Shown here: positions 24,980 to 38,374 of the stretch, piece after piece
Layout of the letters: the number at the start of each line of letters is the position of its first letter
How positions within the stretch are numbered: position 1 is the stretch's first letter
Source: Octopus vulgaris
Lineage: Eukaryota
DNA length: 64,000 nt
Direction of reading: 5' to 3'
Assembly: GCA_951406725.2 (NCBI GenBank)
Contig: OX597826.1
Location: 63,674,001-63,738,000 of the forward strand
Translations under genes and position numbers: made by a program
Notes under the pieces: generated by a model
Database searches by the model: none
The model's input: only the letters and a program-made list of their open reading frames with translations
Told to the model about the DNA's origin: nothing

Positions 24980-25834
24980 GGTGATGCTCATCTATAGCTA
25001 TCCTGTGACATCAAGATAAGAGGGAACACACACACGCATACATATATGACAGGGTTCTTTTGGTTTCTGCTTTCCAAATCCATCCATAAGGCTTTTGTGG
25101 TTCAGGGTTATAACAGAAGACAATTGCCCAAAGTGCTATGCAGTGGGACTGCAAATAAACTACACTGTCAAGAAAAAAATTTCTTAACTGTACTGCCATA
25201 CATGTTCTTACATTAGAAATCTGGCAGAAAATAGGTGGTCAATTTAGCAGGGAATGAAAGTACCTTACAGTATTTAGATGTCTCTTCAAATTTTGGGGTT
25301 CAAAACCTGCAAAGATTGGACATAATTTCTTCTTTCAAGAGAGTTTGATAGCGTAAGTGCCAATCAAATATTTGCATAAATTTTATTGTTTGTTCCATCC
25401 TTCCAAACATATGACATTTTGCAAAAGGTTATCAGAAAACAACAACACCTGCTGCTGCCACAAACACCACCAGGACATCTCTTGAGGACTCCCACCAGAA
25501 ATGTTAACCACGATTACTCCACACAACACACCTACATATTCCTCTTCGGCACATACTTCCTAATGAATTTGTGCCTACATAAGCAATAGTCACTCTACCA
25601 GGTCTAGTGAGTCTAAGCTAAAAGACTAAAGAAAAGCTTGGAAGAAAGAGAAGACAGGTGTCAAAAACATGACAGACAAAGCTCACTTGTCAATGAAACT
25701 ACATAAGACATTTTTAGAAATTTTTTTGTTAACCACTGAAAGTATATCTACATTGTTAAATTCTAATAAATAGGATTATTGGATAAAAAAAAAATTAAAA
25801 TAAGATTAAACTATTCATTTAGAATTTACTTAGT

Positions 25835-26325
25835 TCTTTAGCATTTAAACGTGCCATATCTGGCAAAAATAGTCTACCTGTTTTATGTTCAGACTGTCTA
25901 GACCTGGCCTTTCACACTTACCCAACAATGTCATTGCAAAAATAAACAACTGCATCATTGAAATCTTGAATCTATGAGATAAAGCATGATTAATTCAAAA
26001 CCATGTGAATATCGTTGCCAGTGCCACTGAACTGGCTCCTGTGCTGGTAGCATGTAAAAAAACACCATTTGAGCATGGCTGTTGCCAGTACCGCTTGACT
26101 GGCACGTAAAAGCACCCACTACACTCTCTGAGTGCTTGGCGTTAGGAAGGGCATCCTGCTGTAGAAACTCTGCCAGATCAAGATTGGAGCCTGGTGTAGC
26201 CATCTGGTTCGCCAATCCTCAGTCAAACTGTCCAACCCATGCTAACATGGAAAGTGGACATTAAACGATGATGATGATGATGATGATGAATATTTGACAG
26301 AATAATCTGAATGCTAATGTGTTAG
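25835..26325. mobile_element. TTAA-type MITE interrupted by SINE-C (26010-26288, +)
   Basis: CTTTAGCATTTAAAC ... TTTGACAGAATAATCTGAATGCTAA flank a SINE-C with a (TGA)n tail. Confidence 0.7.
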
Positions 26326-26883
26326 CCTTCACCTAATTCTCTTGTAAATACCCAAACACACTCATACCTAGACACACATATACATACACACAAAGATACC
26401 AAGTATAAGAACTACTACTCCTCAGTAACTGTAAATTCCTATCATTGCCTTTATCTATTTATATTTTTATTTATTTTGCTGGGAACAAAGTCAACAAATT
26501 AAACTAGCCAAGACTGAATAAAACAATCTGGAATGACCAAGAATTAGACTGATCCAAAAAGGCATCAATATCGACAATAACAAGAACAGCAGCAACAATA
26601 ATTGCAGGTAACTCAGAGATTTAAACATAGTATAAATGCATCTCTCTCCCTCTCACACACACACTCCAGTTATAGTAACTTGTTTAACATTTGAGATAAC
26701 ATACACTTAATTACATCAGTCTATCTATCAAACTATCTGTCAATCCATCAATATATCCATCTGTCATTTTATCTGTCTCTCAATCTATATCACTATCAGC
26801 TCTGTTGAGCAGTCTATCTGTATATTTGTCAGTCTGTCTATCAGTTTACTCATCCATTTCTCTAGCTATAGATATTTATTATT

Positions 26884-26920
<37 letters not shown>

Positions 26921-26924
26921 CATT

Positions 26925-27545
26925 AAGGCAATGAATTGGCAGACAAAATGTTTAGCAGCATTTCATCGGCCTTTACATTCTGATTTCAAATTCTATCAAG
27001 GTTGACTTTGCCTTTCATCCTCCCAGGGACTTTCGTTGACTGGGGTCGATGTAAGCAACTTACCCTCTCCCCCAAACTTACGTAATTTATGGAGCGTTAG
27101 GGTTAATTAAAAAGGGCCTTGATAAGCAGCTCAACAAACTCCCTTGCAGTGTTAATGTGGGAGAACTTCAGAAAATAGTGTTGCTAGGTTCCACACACAT
27201 TTTATGCCATGTACTCTCCATGAGATGAGGACCTGCTGTGACCCTAGGGTTAAGGGATGACCCCAGTTCAGCAGAAGACAATGGACCATATTTTATTTTA
27301 AAAGGAGGAGGAGGAAGAAGGAGGAGGAGGAGATCAACAACAAGGCAGCGAGTTGGCAGTATAGTTAGCATGCCAGACAAAATGCTTAACAGCATTTCTT
27401 TTGGCTTTTTGTCCTGAGTTTAAATGTTGTTGAGGTCAACTTTGCCTTTTATCTTTTTTGGGTCACTGAAATAATAAGTACCAATTAAGCACTGAAATCA
27501 TTGTAAGCAATTAACCCATTCCTCTAAAAATTTCAGGCTTTCTAC
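26925..27545 (+). mobile_element. Two degenerate SINE-B copies (26925-27080, 27342-27545)
   Basis: Each has AAGGCA..GA.TTGGCAG and ACTTTGCCTTT.ATC. Confidence 0.65.
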
Positions 27546-27564
27546 CATTTAAAAAATTTTTTAT

Positions 27565-27998
27565 TTAAAGTTTCAGCTCAGAGCTGCGGCCATGCTGATG
27601 CACCGCCGTTTTGCGCTACACTGTTATTACTAGGAGCCTCCTCCAATATGTGGCACTTGATGAAGAATGGAGTTTGATATAGCTACCCTCATTTGCACCT
27701 CTTGCCGTGAGGTAGGCTCATCTGGGACTCTCGACAGGAAGAGGTCCAGCTTTGATTTAAAAACCCCTACATCTACTTTATGCAAGTTCCTCAGACTCTT
27801 TGGGAGAATAATAAAAAGCTGTGGGCCCTTGAAACCCAGGCTGTTGCAGTAACTGGTCCTTAAGCATGATGGCATTGCTGGGATCTTTGGTACCATGCAG
27901 TGTCGTCCCATTCTGGCATTGGTGTAGCTTTCAATGCCAAACTTTGGCACAATTCCTTCCAGGATCTTCCAGATATATATTACTGCATACCTCTCCCA
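27565..27998 (-). mobile_element. CR1/L2-group LINE 3' end (ORF2 C-terminus and 3' UTR)
   Basis: ERYAVIYIWKILEGIVPKFG..NSLGFKGPQLFIILPKSLRNL..VFKSKLDLFLSRVPDEP..SNSILHQ is a typical invertebrate CR1-group C-terminus. Stop at 27630-27632, then a short tail. Confidence 0.85.
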
Positions 27999-27999
27999 T

Positions 28000-28355
28000 T
28001 AGTTTGCCAGCTCCATCTGGCACCTGTGCGGGTGGCACGTAAAAAGCACCCACTACACTCAGGGAGTGGTTGGTGTTAGGAAGGGCATCCAGCCGTAGAA
28101 ACACTGCCAGATCAAACTGGGCCTGATGCAGCCTTCTGGCTTCACAGACCCCAGTTGAACAGTCCAACCCATGCTAGCATGGAAAGCGGACGCTAAATGA
28201 TGATGATGATGAATATTATTATTATTATTGAGCTGGCAAAATTGTTAGCATCCTGGATGAAATGCTTAGCAGTATTTTGCCTGTCTTTATGTTCTGAGTT
28301 CAAATTCTGCTAAGGTCGACTTTACCTTTCGTCCTTTCGGGGTTGATAAATTAAC
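28000..28355 (+). mobile_element. SINE-C (28000-28212) followed by SINE-B 5' part (28228-28355)
   Basis: Family-diagnostic motifs and (TGA)n tail; then GAGCTGGCA..GAGTTCAAATTC..GTCGACTTTACCTTTCGTCCTTTCGGGG. Confidence 0.8.
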
Positions 28356-28789
28356 TAAGAAAAAAAAAAATTATCATTTTTTTTCTGTTTATGTATATAG
28401 ACATACATCAATCACCACCTGCTCATGTGTGTCTCAGTATTTGTGTGATTTTGTATAATTATCACTGAAAATTTATTGAAATTACTTGTACATATCACGT
28501 GTGCATGTTTTTGTTTTCTTATTGTGTTATATTTAATTGGTTTAATATGGGGGGGTTGCACTCATGATCTTTGCAAGCCTTTCTTGGCTGCTAACAAACA
28601 TCAACATGGTTACTGTCCCTCTCGAACAGTTTTAAGTTGATGGCTGCAGGAAAACATGTGCAAAGGAGGACACTGTATGAAACTAAGTTACAGGAGAGTA
28701 AGAACAGCATATTGCAATTAGTGTGAGGTATAATGGTAGGGGCAAAATATGTGAAGGCACACTTCGCTAATGTTTGTGTGTTTTGGTCA

Positions 28790-29346
28790 CTGGATTGTTG
28801 CCTGGCTGGAGCACTACCTAGAATGGTCTTGGCCAAACAAATTGACACCAGTCCATACTTCTTAAGTCTGATATTTATTCAGATAGCCCCTTTTACTGAA
28901 CCATTAAGTTATAGAGATGTGAACATATACATACATACATGTATATATGTGTGTATATATATTCTTTTATTTGTTTCAGTCATTTGACAGGAGCCATGCT
29001 GGAGCACCACCTTTAGTGAAACAAATCAACCCCAGGACTTATTCCTTCTAAGCCTATTACTTATTCTATCCTTCTCCTTATTCAGACTGCTAAGTTACAG
29101 GGACATAAACACATTGACACCAGTTGCCAAGCGATGGTGGGGGGACAAACACAGACACACAAACATATATATATATATATATATACATACACAACGGGCT
29201 TCTTTCAGTTTCCATCTACCAAATCCACTCACAAGGCTTTGGTCAGCCCGAAGCTATAGTAGAAGACATTTGACCAATGTACCATGCAGTGGGACTGAAC
29301 CCAGAACCATGTGGTTGGGAAGCAAGCTTCTTACCACATAGCCATG

Positions 29347-29382
<36 letters not shown>

Positions 29383-29387
29383 CAGGC

Positions 29388-29446
<59 letters not shown>

Positions 29447-29838
29447 CAGATAGATATAGATATATACACATACATACATACATACTAAATGGACTTCCAC
29501 TTATTATCCATCAACCAAATTCACTCACAAAATGTTAATTGACCTGAGATTATAGCAGAAGGCATTTGCCCAAAGTGCTGCACGGTAGGACTGAACCCCA
29601 AATGACGTATTTGCAAAGCAAACTTCTTAACCAAACAGCCATGCCTGTGGCTGTAACTATGTATTTGTACATATACTTTAATAAATATTGCACGTCCCCG
29701 TCACTTAGCGGTTCGGCAAAAGAGACCGATAGAATAAGTACTGGGCTTACAAAGAATAAGTCCTGGGGTCGATTTGCTCGATTAAAGGCGGTGCTCCAGC
29801 ATGGCCGCAGTCAAATGACTGAAACAAGTAAAAGAGTA
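28790..29838. mobile_element. Cluster of SINE-A copies with (TA)n and (GATA)n
   Basis: Full minus copy 28965-29350, (GATA)n 29390-29450, minus 5' half ~29485-29650, plus 3' half 29690-29838. Confidence 0.8.
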
Positions 29839-30489
29839 TACATGTTTATATGATATGAGTAATGAACTGGAGTAATGCATATTTTGTATGCATGAAGTAG
29901 GAACTCTACATAAATGTGTATTTCTTTTTATGTATACGCCAAGAGCATATATGTGAGACTATACGTGTTTGTGTGTGTGTGTATGTGTATTATGTGATCA
30001 TAGTTTTCATACGTAAATGCGTGCTTCAGTGTGCAAGCAAATACCAGTCTATCTTACATGCTCATACAGGCAAGCATGCACGCAGTTGCATTTGCTAACA
30101 GCTGTCAAAGCTGAGTCACTCAGTTCCTTCTTTTATACACACACACACACATATATATATATATAGCAATATTGATTGCCTTCTTGAGCACAAGACCCTT
30201 CTTTTATGCAGAAAGGCAGCAGCATTCTTCCATATAGAAAAGCAGGCAACCACATTAAACTCCACCACACTGCTCACAAGACACAGCAGTTCATACCAAA
30301 GCAGAGAGGTTTGTTTATAGTTTGTCAAACACATCAACAAACAGTAGCAGCAATAACAAGGCACTGTATCACATTTAGCTAATTAAGCCATGACTGACCA
30401 CCACCCACTAAATTACCGCTAAGGCTTGTAAATTACTCCTCCAAGTCGACCCTGCTAAGTAATTAAATATTGCACGATAGGAGTGGGGA

Positions 30490-30828
30490 GAATAGATAGA
30501 CAGACAGACGGATATACAAGCAGACAGACGGCCAGAGCAATGGATGGATGGATGGATGGATGGATGGATGGATAAATGGACGAATGGAAAATAAGCCAGA
30601 TAAAGAGACAGAATATAGAGAGACAGACAAAGAGATATAGACAGAGATATAGATGGATGGATAGAGAATGGATGGATGGATGGGCAAACAGATAAACAAA
30701 TGGATAGAGAGAGAGAGAGAGAGTGGAGTAAAAGAAAGACAGACAGACAGAGACATATAGATATATGGATGTAATGATTTATAAAAGAGAAATGAATAAA
30801 AACATAGAGAGAGATAGATGGATAGGGT

Positions 30829-30871
<43 letters not shown>

Positions 30872-30872
30872 A

Positions 30873-30966
<94 letters not shown>

Positions 30967-31040
30967 GACAGATAGACAGACGGATAGATGGGATGATGAA
31001 TAGATAGACAGATAAATGAACAGATTGACAGACAGAAAGA
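30490..31040. repeat. Compound microsatellite: (GGAT)n, (GACA)n, long (GA)n
   Basis: Seen directly; (GA)n runs about 30829-30963. Confidence 0.92.
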
Positions 31041-31849
31041 TGCATGGCTAGAAATCTATTACATACATGGAACCAAGTAACATATGGTAAAAATAGGACA
31101 GATTAGTAATAGTGGTCACGATATAATTAAAGAATAACAGCAGGAAAAGAAAAAAAAGAAAACAGCAACAACAAAATAACGGTAAACAAAAGATAAAAAC
31201 AAAACTAATCATATCAGAAGCAGGTAGGCAGCTAGTTAATGGTATTATTAGTACCAACATTTGGAAGCGGATTCTCCCCAAACCCATATCCTTAACAGAG
31301 AAAGAGTGGCCATTACTTTACCTTTTTCTCCTCGACCTGTAGAAACATTATACAATTGGCAAACGGTGGTCATCGGGGGAATAAAAGCAATCAAATTCCT
31401 CTTCTGGTGTGGTCTTAGTGCATGTCTTTGTCCAGTGGAGACGGCAACACTACACCACTAGCTCACACATCCTATCTCCACAAACACAACCTAAACACAA
31501 ACACAACGTGCACAGTCATTTCTGTTAACATGCAATGCAGGGATATCTATTATATAGACACAGCCGTCAGAACAAGGAAATTAATCAGGCTAGCTGTGTA
31601 TTATTCTTGCTATTTATTTAGATATTTAATTGATTTTGATAATATGTTTGTACTATTTTTTATCATTTTTATTTCTGCTTTCTTTTTTTCTTTTTTTTTT
31701 TTTCCTCGTCTTCCTTGTTATATTTCAAGAAGTTTGTCATACTTGAAAACTGAGCTGGATTCGAGGATGAAATAAAAGACAAAGATTTCAGAGTAGTTGT
31801 GGAAGATTGAAAACGTGATTCTTTTAAAAGAAACGACAACAATAATTGT

Positions 31850-33312
31850 TCCTAACTTAGGTACAAGGAGAGCAATTTTGAGGGGAGACAAAGTAGTCAA
31901 TACCATCAACTCCACTCCTTGACTGGTACTTTAGTTTATCAACACTGAAAGGATGACCTCAATGGAATTTGGATTCGGAGTGCAAGGAGTCAGAATAAAC
32001 ACTGCAAGGCACTTTTTTTCTTAATTAATCTCCTAATTGTTTCTTATTAATTGTTTCTATTTTAGGCATAAGGTCAGCAATTTTGAGGGAAGATGGCATT
32101 AGTGAATCACACAGACCAGTGGTTCTCAACCATTTTTTGCCTCTGGACCCCCTTTGATTCCTATTTTACTTGAGTGGACCCCATAGCCATTTGCTGTATA
32201 TATTAAAAAAATCTTACTGTATTTTTATAATTAAATATTATAAGGAATTGTATAAAAATTTTTTTTTTAATATTTGCTGTATTGTAGAACTATAACCAAT
32301 TTATGGCACAAAAATTTTAACAAAATCTTATATGGATCCCCTAAGGGCCATATGGACTCCAGTTGAGGACCAGTGACATAGATCTCAGTATGTACATAAC
32401 TGGTACTTCATTCTATCAACACTGAAAGAATGAAAGGCTAAAATAACCTCAGAGAGATGTGAATACAGAATGTAAAGATCCAGAATTCTACATGGCGGCA
32501 TTTTTTCCTAACGAATCAACCAAATTATGCCTGTAACTGTTTCTATTTTAGGCAGTAAGCCGGCAATTTTGAGGGGAGTGGGTACAAGTTAATGACATTG
32601 AATTCAGTGCATGGCTGCTACACTATTTTATTAGCCCAGGAGGGATGAAAGGGAAAGTCAACTTCAGTTGGATTTGAACTCAGAATGTAAATAGCTAAAA
32701 AAATACTGCAATAGTATAATATTTCCGATTTAAGTACAAGGCCAGTTATAAGGGGATGGGGTAAGTTGATACCATCAACACCAGTACATGGTAGTGTATA
32801 TTATCAACTCTAAAAGGATGAGAAGCAAAGTTGGTTTTAGCATGACTGGAGCTCAGAATATACAGAGCCAGACCAAAAACCACAAGGCATTTTTCCAATG
32901 CTCTAATGATTCTGCCAGAACTCCACTCTTTATGATGCTTACCAATTTGGCATTAGGTTAGTAAGTTTCAAGGAGGGGGCTATCAGTTGATATCATCAAC
33001 CCCCTGTGCATGACTGGTAATTAATTTTACTGACCTCAAGAGGTGAAGTTGATACCAGCGGGATCTGAACTCAGAATGTAAATAGTGGAACAAATACAGC
33101 AATAATGATTTCAACTTTTGGCACAGAGCCAGAACTTTTTGGGGGCTATTTGATCACATCAACCCAAGTACTTGACTGGTACTTAATTTATCAAATCTGA
33201 AAAGATGAACGGCAAAGTTGACCTCAGCAGGATTTGAACTCAGAATGTAAAGATGAATGAAATTCCACTAAGCATTTTGCCTAGCATGCTAACTATTCTG
33301 CTAGCTCACCAC
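31850..33312 (-). mobile_element. Head-to-tail array of about six degenerate SINE-B copies
   Basis: Unit (TT)AGGCACAAGGCCAGCAATTTTGAGGGG..CTGGTACTT..GGATGAA..TGAACTCAGAATGTAAA recurs at ~31855, 32060, 32545, 32730, 32945 and 33115. Confidence 0.8.
32117..32375. mobile_element. hAT (Charlie-like) MITE
   Basis: TIRs CAGTGGTTCTCAAC / GTTGAGGACCAGTG; imperfect 8-bp TSD ACACAGAC / ACATAGAT. Same family as 60662-60903. Confidence 0.8.
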
Positions 33313-33799
33313 TCTGACTGCTACCGTCTAGCACTGAATATGAAGCTAAGTTGAGAGCTGCAGCCAGTGGGGTGACTGGTGGTGCTCTGGTAACAGCAGT
33401 CTTGTTTGTTTTGTTTTTTTGTTGCTGCCTCCCCTAACTATTTTAGTGCTTCTGGGAAGAAAGATCTCAAATGGCTCATACAGTCTATCGTATAATAACT
33501 GAGCTTTCTGCCAAGCAACACCAACCTTAACAACTTTCTCTTTGCAATCAAAATAGGACACAGTTCCAGGATTATTCTGTGGTCTCTGGCTCCACCCAAT
33601 CACAAGTCATACTCTGTCATGTCAGTGTTCACCACTTACTTGCTTGCACAGTGTCACAAATGTAACAAAAAGCCAAAGGTCAACAATGCTATTAATATTC
33701 TTCACCATGATCCTTGTGTTGTATCCTCACAAAAACTAGGGGACCAATTTATTGGCATATGTTGCATCAGTTTTGTTTTCTTGCCTTCTACAGTTTTAA

Positions 33800-34020
33800 C
33801 CCTTTCATTACTGTATTTATTTTGAGATTCTCTGTGTATCTTTCAATTACTTTAAATATAACTAAGAATTTAGCAAAATAACTTAGATGTCATTAAGCTA
33901 TTGTTAGGAACATAAACTGTGACTAAGGTTTGGTGGAAGACTTTAATTCAAAACTTATGAAAACAAGACATTTGTACTACAGAGTCAGAGGCGGTTTCAG
34001 CCGGGTTGGTAACGAAAGGG
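33800..34020. mobile_element. piggyBac-type MITE
   Basis: TTAA|CCCTTTCATTAC ... GTAACGAAAGGG|TTAA, i.e. TIRs plus a TTAA TSD. Confidence 0.85.
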
Positions 34021-34401
34021 TTAAAGACCATACGCACACTTCCATTTGTTTGATCATGATCAATAAAGGAAACACAGTTCTATACCTCACTTAAGGCCCT
34101 TGGGAATAATTGAAAACTCCCTCTCTCATTTGTTAAGCAGAGGTAAGGCACTTTCTTTCTTTCTTGCTTAATCTTGTGTAAATCTCTCGGGCAAGGAAGT
34201 ACATCCTTTAGTAACATACTGTTGCCAATATATATACTTTTTTTTTTGGCCGGTAGTTGATTAATGGCCAACACTTGATTTTGACCCAGCAAAAGATTTG
34301 TTGTCATCAATAATGCTTTTGTTTGTGCCACATGATGTTTCCACTTTTTAAAATTGTGTTGCATTTTTACGTTGGCAAAATTTCTGCCAGTGTAATGGAC
34401 T

Positions 34402-34434
<33 letters not shown>

Positions 34435-35999
34435 CTATCTCTGTTTGTTTGTATCCTGTGTAAGTTCAATGTTTGTTTCCTTGGTGGTGGGGATTTCCTG
34501 CTGCTCTAGAACAACAGAAGGCCATATAGAAATCAGTGTTAACTTGAAATGAAAAATAAAATAGGTTTCAAAAGAAAAAGAAAGTTTTGCTTTTTGCATA
34601 CCCTCAACTATTGGGATACACATTCATGCATTTAAAAGTCTCTATGTCCATAAAATAATTTAAGGAACAACAATTTTCATTCAGGAAAACTTGGTATTAA
34701 TCCGATTTCTTTGGAGTGATTTGAAGACTTGTCTCTTCACCACCAAAAGACTGGTGGTGGTGGTGATGTCGGTGAATGATGATGATGACAATGATGATAA
34801 AGTATTTTAGATCCATACAGTGCAATGAAGAAATAATAAAATTAATTGTTATTAGTTATAAATCAAGCCCAAAGTCACATGTTTTGGAGGACAAGCATAT
34901 GGTTGATTAAACTGACATCAGAATTACTTTGTTTTATTGGCCTTCGTAGGATGAAAGACATAAATCATCATTGAAAGGATTGGATATTCAACACCTAAGG
35001 GACCTAACTAAACAGAATGAGACATTTTGCCTGTTGCTCTACAAGTTCTTCTAAATTGAATAAATGGATGAATGGATGAATCAGAAGGTTGTGGAAGGTC
35101 TGCAGATACAGAATGATATTTAAAGAATGAGAAATGATTTGGGTAGCAGAAAAAAAATAATAAATAAATAAAATAAAAAGAAATAAAGACCTATCTAGTA
35201 ATTAATAAGTGGTAATTTGTAACTAGTTTAATAGTAATTAGTTAAAACAGTAAATACTGAATGGAATTATTCATTATGAACAGTGAATGTTGAACAGGAG
35301 TGAGTCCATGAACAGAGAATAAAAGGCAGCCAGCAAATAGTCCCATAAACAGCAGGTGATGAACAGTTAGTGAACAGTAACAGGTTAATGTATGAACCAA
35401 TGAAATATTCCATTTGCCATGCCACTGGTTAGCTAAGTTGAGGTGAAACAACCAAGTGTGTACTGGATTATACCTTGTTATTTGAGATTATTGCATTGTG
35501 TTTTTGGACAGTATACTTCATTCTACATGCTTCAGTTATTCAGCAGAAACAGCTACCAGATTATTTGCAAATTTCTCCCAGTGATACATCGGATTAGATG
35601 CATAATGTAGCGGTTAGGGGTATTGCACTCATAGGTGTTAGGTCTTCTGATCTTTGAGTAAACCACTTCATTTCATACTGTTCCAGAACACTTGATTGAA
35701 AATGAGTACTAGTGCCATCTGGGAGTTAATTCTGCAACAGACTATCATCTCATTCTGGGTCAGTCTTTTACTCCCAGTATAAACAAGTTGAAAATCTGAA
35801 TAATCTCAAATAAATTGACCCTGTATTTTCTTTAAAAGCCTGATACTTATTCTGTTAGTCTTTTTTTGTCAAACTGCTAGGTTACCAGTATGTAAACGAA
35901 CCAGAATCAGTTACCAAGCAGTTAAGGAAACAAAGACACACATATAGATATATGTATATACATATACACATATATACATGCATGCACACACACACATTT

Positions 36000-36540
36000 A
36001 TCATCATCATCATCGTTTAACATCCGCTTTCCATGCTAGCATGGGTCGGACGATTTGACTGAGGTCTGGCGAACCAGATGGCTGCACCAGACACCAATCT
36101 GATCTGGCAGAGTTTCTACAGCTGGATGCCCTTCCTAACGCCAACCACTCCGAGAGTGTAGTGGGTGCTTTTATGTGCCACCGGCACGAGGGCCAGTCAG
36201 GCGGTACTGGCAACGGCGACGCTCAGATAGTGCTTTTTATGTGCCACCACAAGAGCCAGTCCAGCAGCACTGGCAATGACCTCGCTCGAATGTTTTTTCA
36301 TGTGCCACCACAAGAGCCAGTCCAGCAGCACTGGCAATGACCTCGCTCGAATGTTTTTTGATGTGCCACCAGCACAAGTGCTAGTAACGTGACACAGGTA
36401 ACGATCACACTCGAATGGTGTTTTTAATGTGCCATCAGCACAGAGGCCAGCTTGTTGCTCTGGCAACGATCTCACTCAGATGGTACTCTTAGTGCTTCAC
36501 TAGCACAGATGCTAGTCACCAAATTTGATTTTGATTTCGA
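36000..36540 (-). mobile_element. SINE-C long copy with internal ~60-bp tandem repeats
   Basis: (CAT)n tail at 36001; TGTGCCACCACAAGAGCCAGTCCAGCAGCACTGGCAATGACCTCGCTCGAATG twice (~36240 and ~36301). Confidence 0.88.
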
Positions 36541-37452
36541 ATGAAATCGAAATTTATATATACATATATATATATGTACAAACACACAAATACACAACAG
36601 GCTTCTATTCAGTTTCTGCTTACAAAATTCATTCAGAAGGCATTGGTTGATCTAGGGTTACAGTAGGATTGAACCCAAAACCACATGGTTGTAAAGCAAC
36701 CTTCTTAACCACATAACCATGCCTGCACCTATTATGTCATGTTTTGCAAGAACACACATAGCTTTCCATATTCTGTAGAGAAATAGAACTGGTACTTCAT
36801 AATCCTAATTGCATGTTTCTATCGCTGAATAACTGTCATATATGAATGAAACAAAAACAACAAACTGCAGTAGTTCCAGCTGCTGCCAGCCACAGTCACC
36901 ACCGATACTACTACCACTGCTACTATCAGCACTGTTGCCACCACCATTGCTGTCACCAACAACACCAAGATATAAAATAAAGCATTAAATAAAACCATCT
37001 TTTATAAGTGATGGCATTTATAAATAATAATTAGGAGTGTCAGCATAATTACACTGATGAAGCATCAGAGATGACAAGCTGCATAATAATAAAAACAACA
37101 AAAATTTTTTAATAATAATAATAATAATTTAAATTTACATCTGTGTAAATAATTCACTTATAAAGCAAACTGGATTTGCAACACAGATTCAACTCCCACT
37201 CATAGCCTATTCACTTATTCTGAAAGACAAAAAGACAAAAAAAAAAATAAAAAATAAAACTGTCCTTGAGAAAGGTACAAATGCCACAAACCAGTCACCT
37301 GGTTTCATACCACTACCATAATCACCATCAAGCCATTTGTGTGCTTCTAACAGAATCCACCCTGTTACAAATATTCAAGTCACACAAGTTTCTAGTCTGA
37401 TGATAACTGATCAGCCCATGCTATTTTTATTTTTATGAATATATTTTATATA

Positions 37453-37522
<70 letters not shown>

Positions 37523-38274
37523 GTGGTACATCAGCACATAGATGCAAAAGAAGGTGGGGAAATAGTACTCCAATACCAATGGTTGAGTAATATGCTATTT
37601 ACTATTTTTTTTTAAATCAATTATCCAATCAGATTGAAATGCTTATTCATTGAACTGTAAAGACTATATTATGTAATACTATATATTTTGATGTACCCCC
37701 ATCTAGACATCATTGTCATACAAGTAAGGTTGTTCACAGACATTCTCCTGTGAGAAACATGTCTGGCCATGGGGAAACATTACCTTGCTTGGAAACCCGT
37801 GGGTACAGGCAACAGGAAGAACACCTGGCTGTACAAAACCTGTCTCAACAAATTCCATATGAACCATGATGATAATGATATAGACTAACTTTGTTCATGG
37901 TGAGGTGTATGCTTGCTTGTTGAAAAATTAAAATGGTGCATGGGCCAAAGAAAAATAAAAGCTTGAGAAACACTCACTTAGTTGAAGTGGGAATGTACTT
38001 AACAGGGAAGCTTTTTATTTGGGAAGAAACATGCCACTGAAACAGTTGATGTTTTTTTGTTTTTTTAATTAAATAGGTCTACAAAGGACAGTAAGATTGA
38101 CTAAGGCAATAAAATACTGACCTAAATCAGAAATTCAGTGTTTTAGTTTTTTTCTTTATTCAGTTTGAATGCAAAACCCAGCAAGGTTAACTTAACCTTT
38201 TGTTCCTCAAAGATTAATTTTAAAAGTTATGGTAATATAATAGGCTTTTAATTCAGTCTAGTAAAATAGTAAAA

Positions 38275-38308
<34 letters not shown>

Positions 38309-38318
38309 CAAATCTATC

Positions 38319-38374
<56 letters not shown>

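Noticed and set aside
36230-36430. CRISPR-like repeat-spacer pattern
   Set aside because: These are internal tandem repeats of SINE-C with non-unique spacers; the context is eukaryotic and there are no cas genes.
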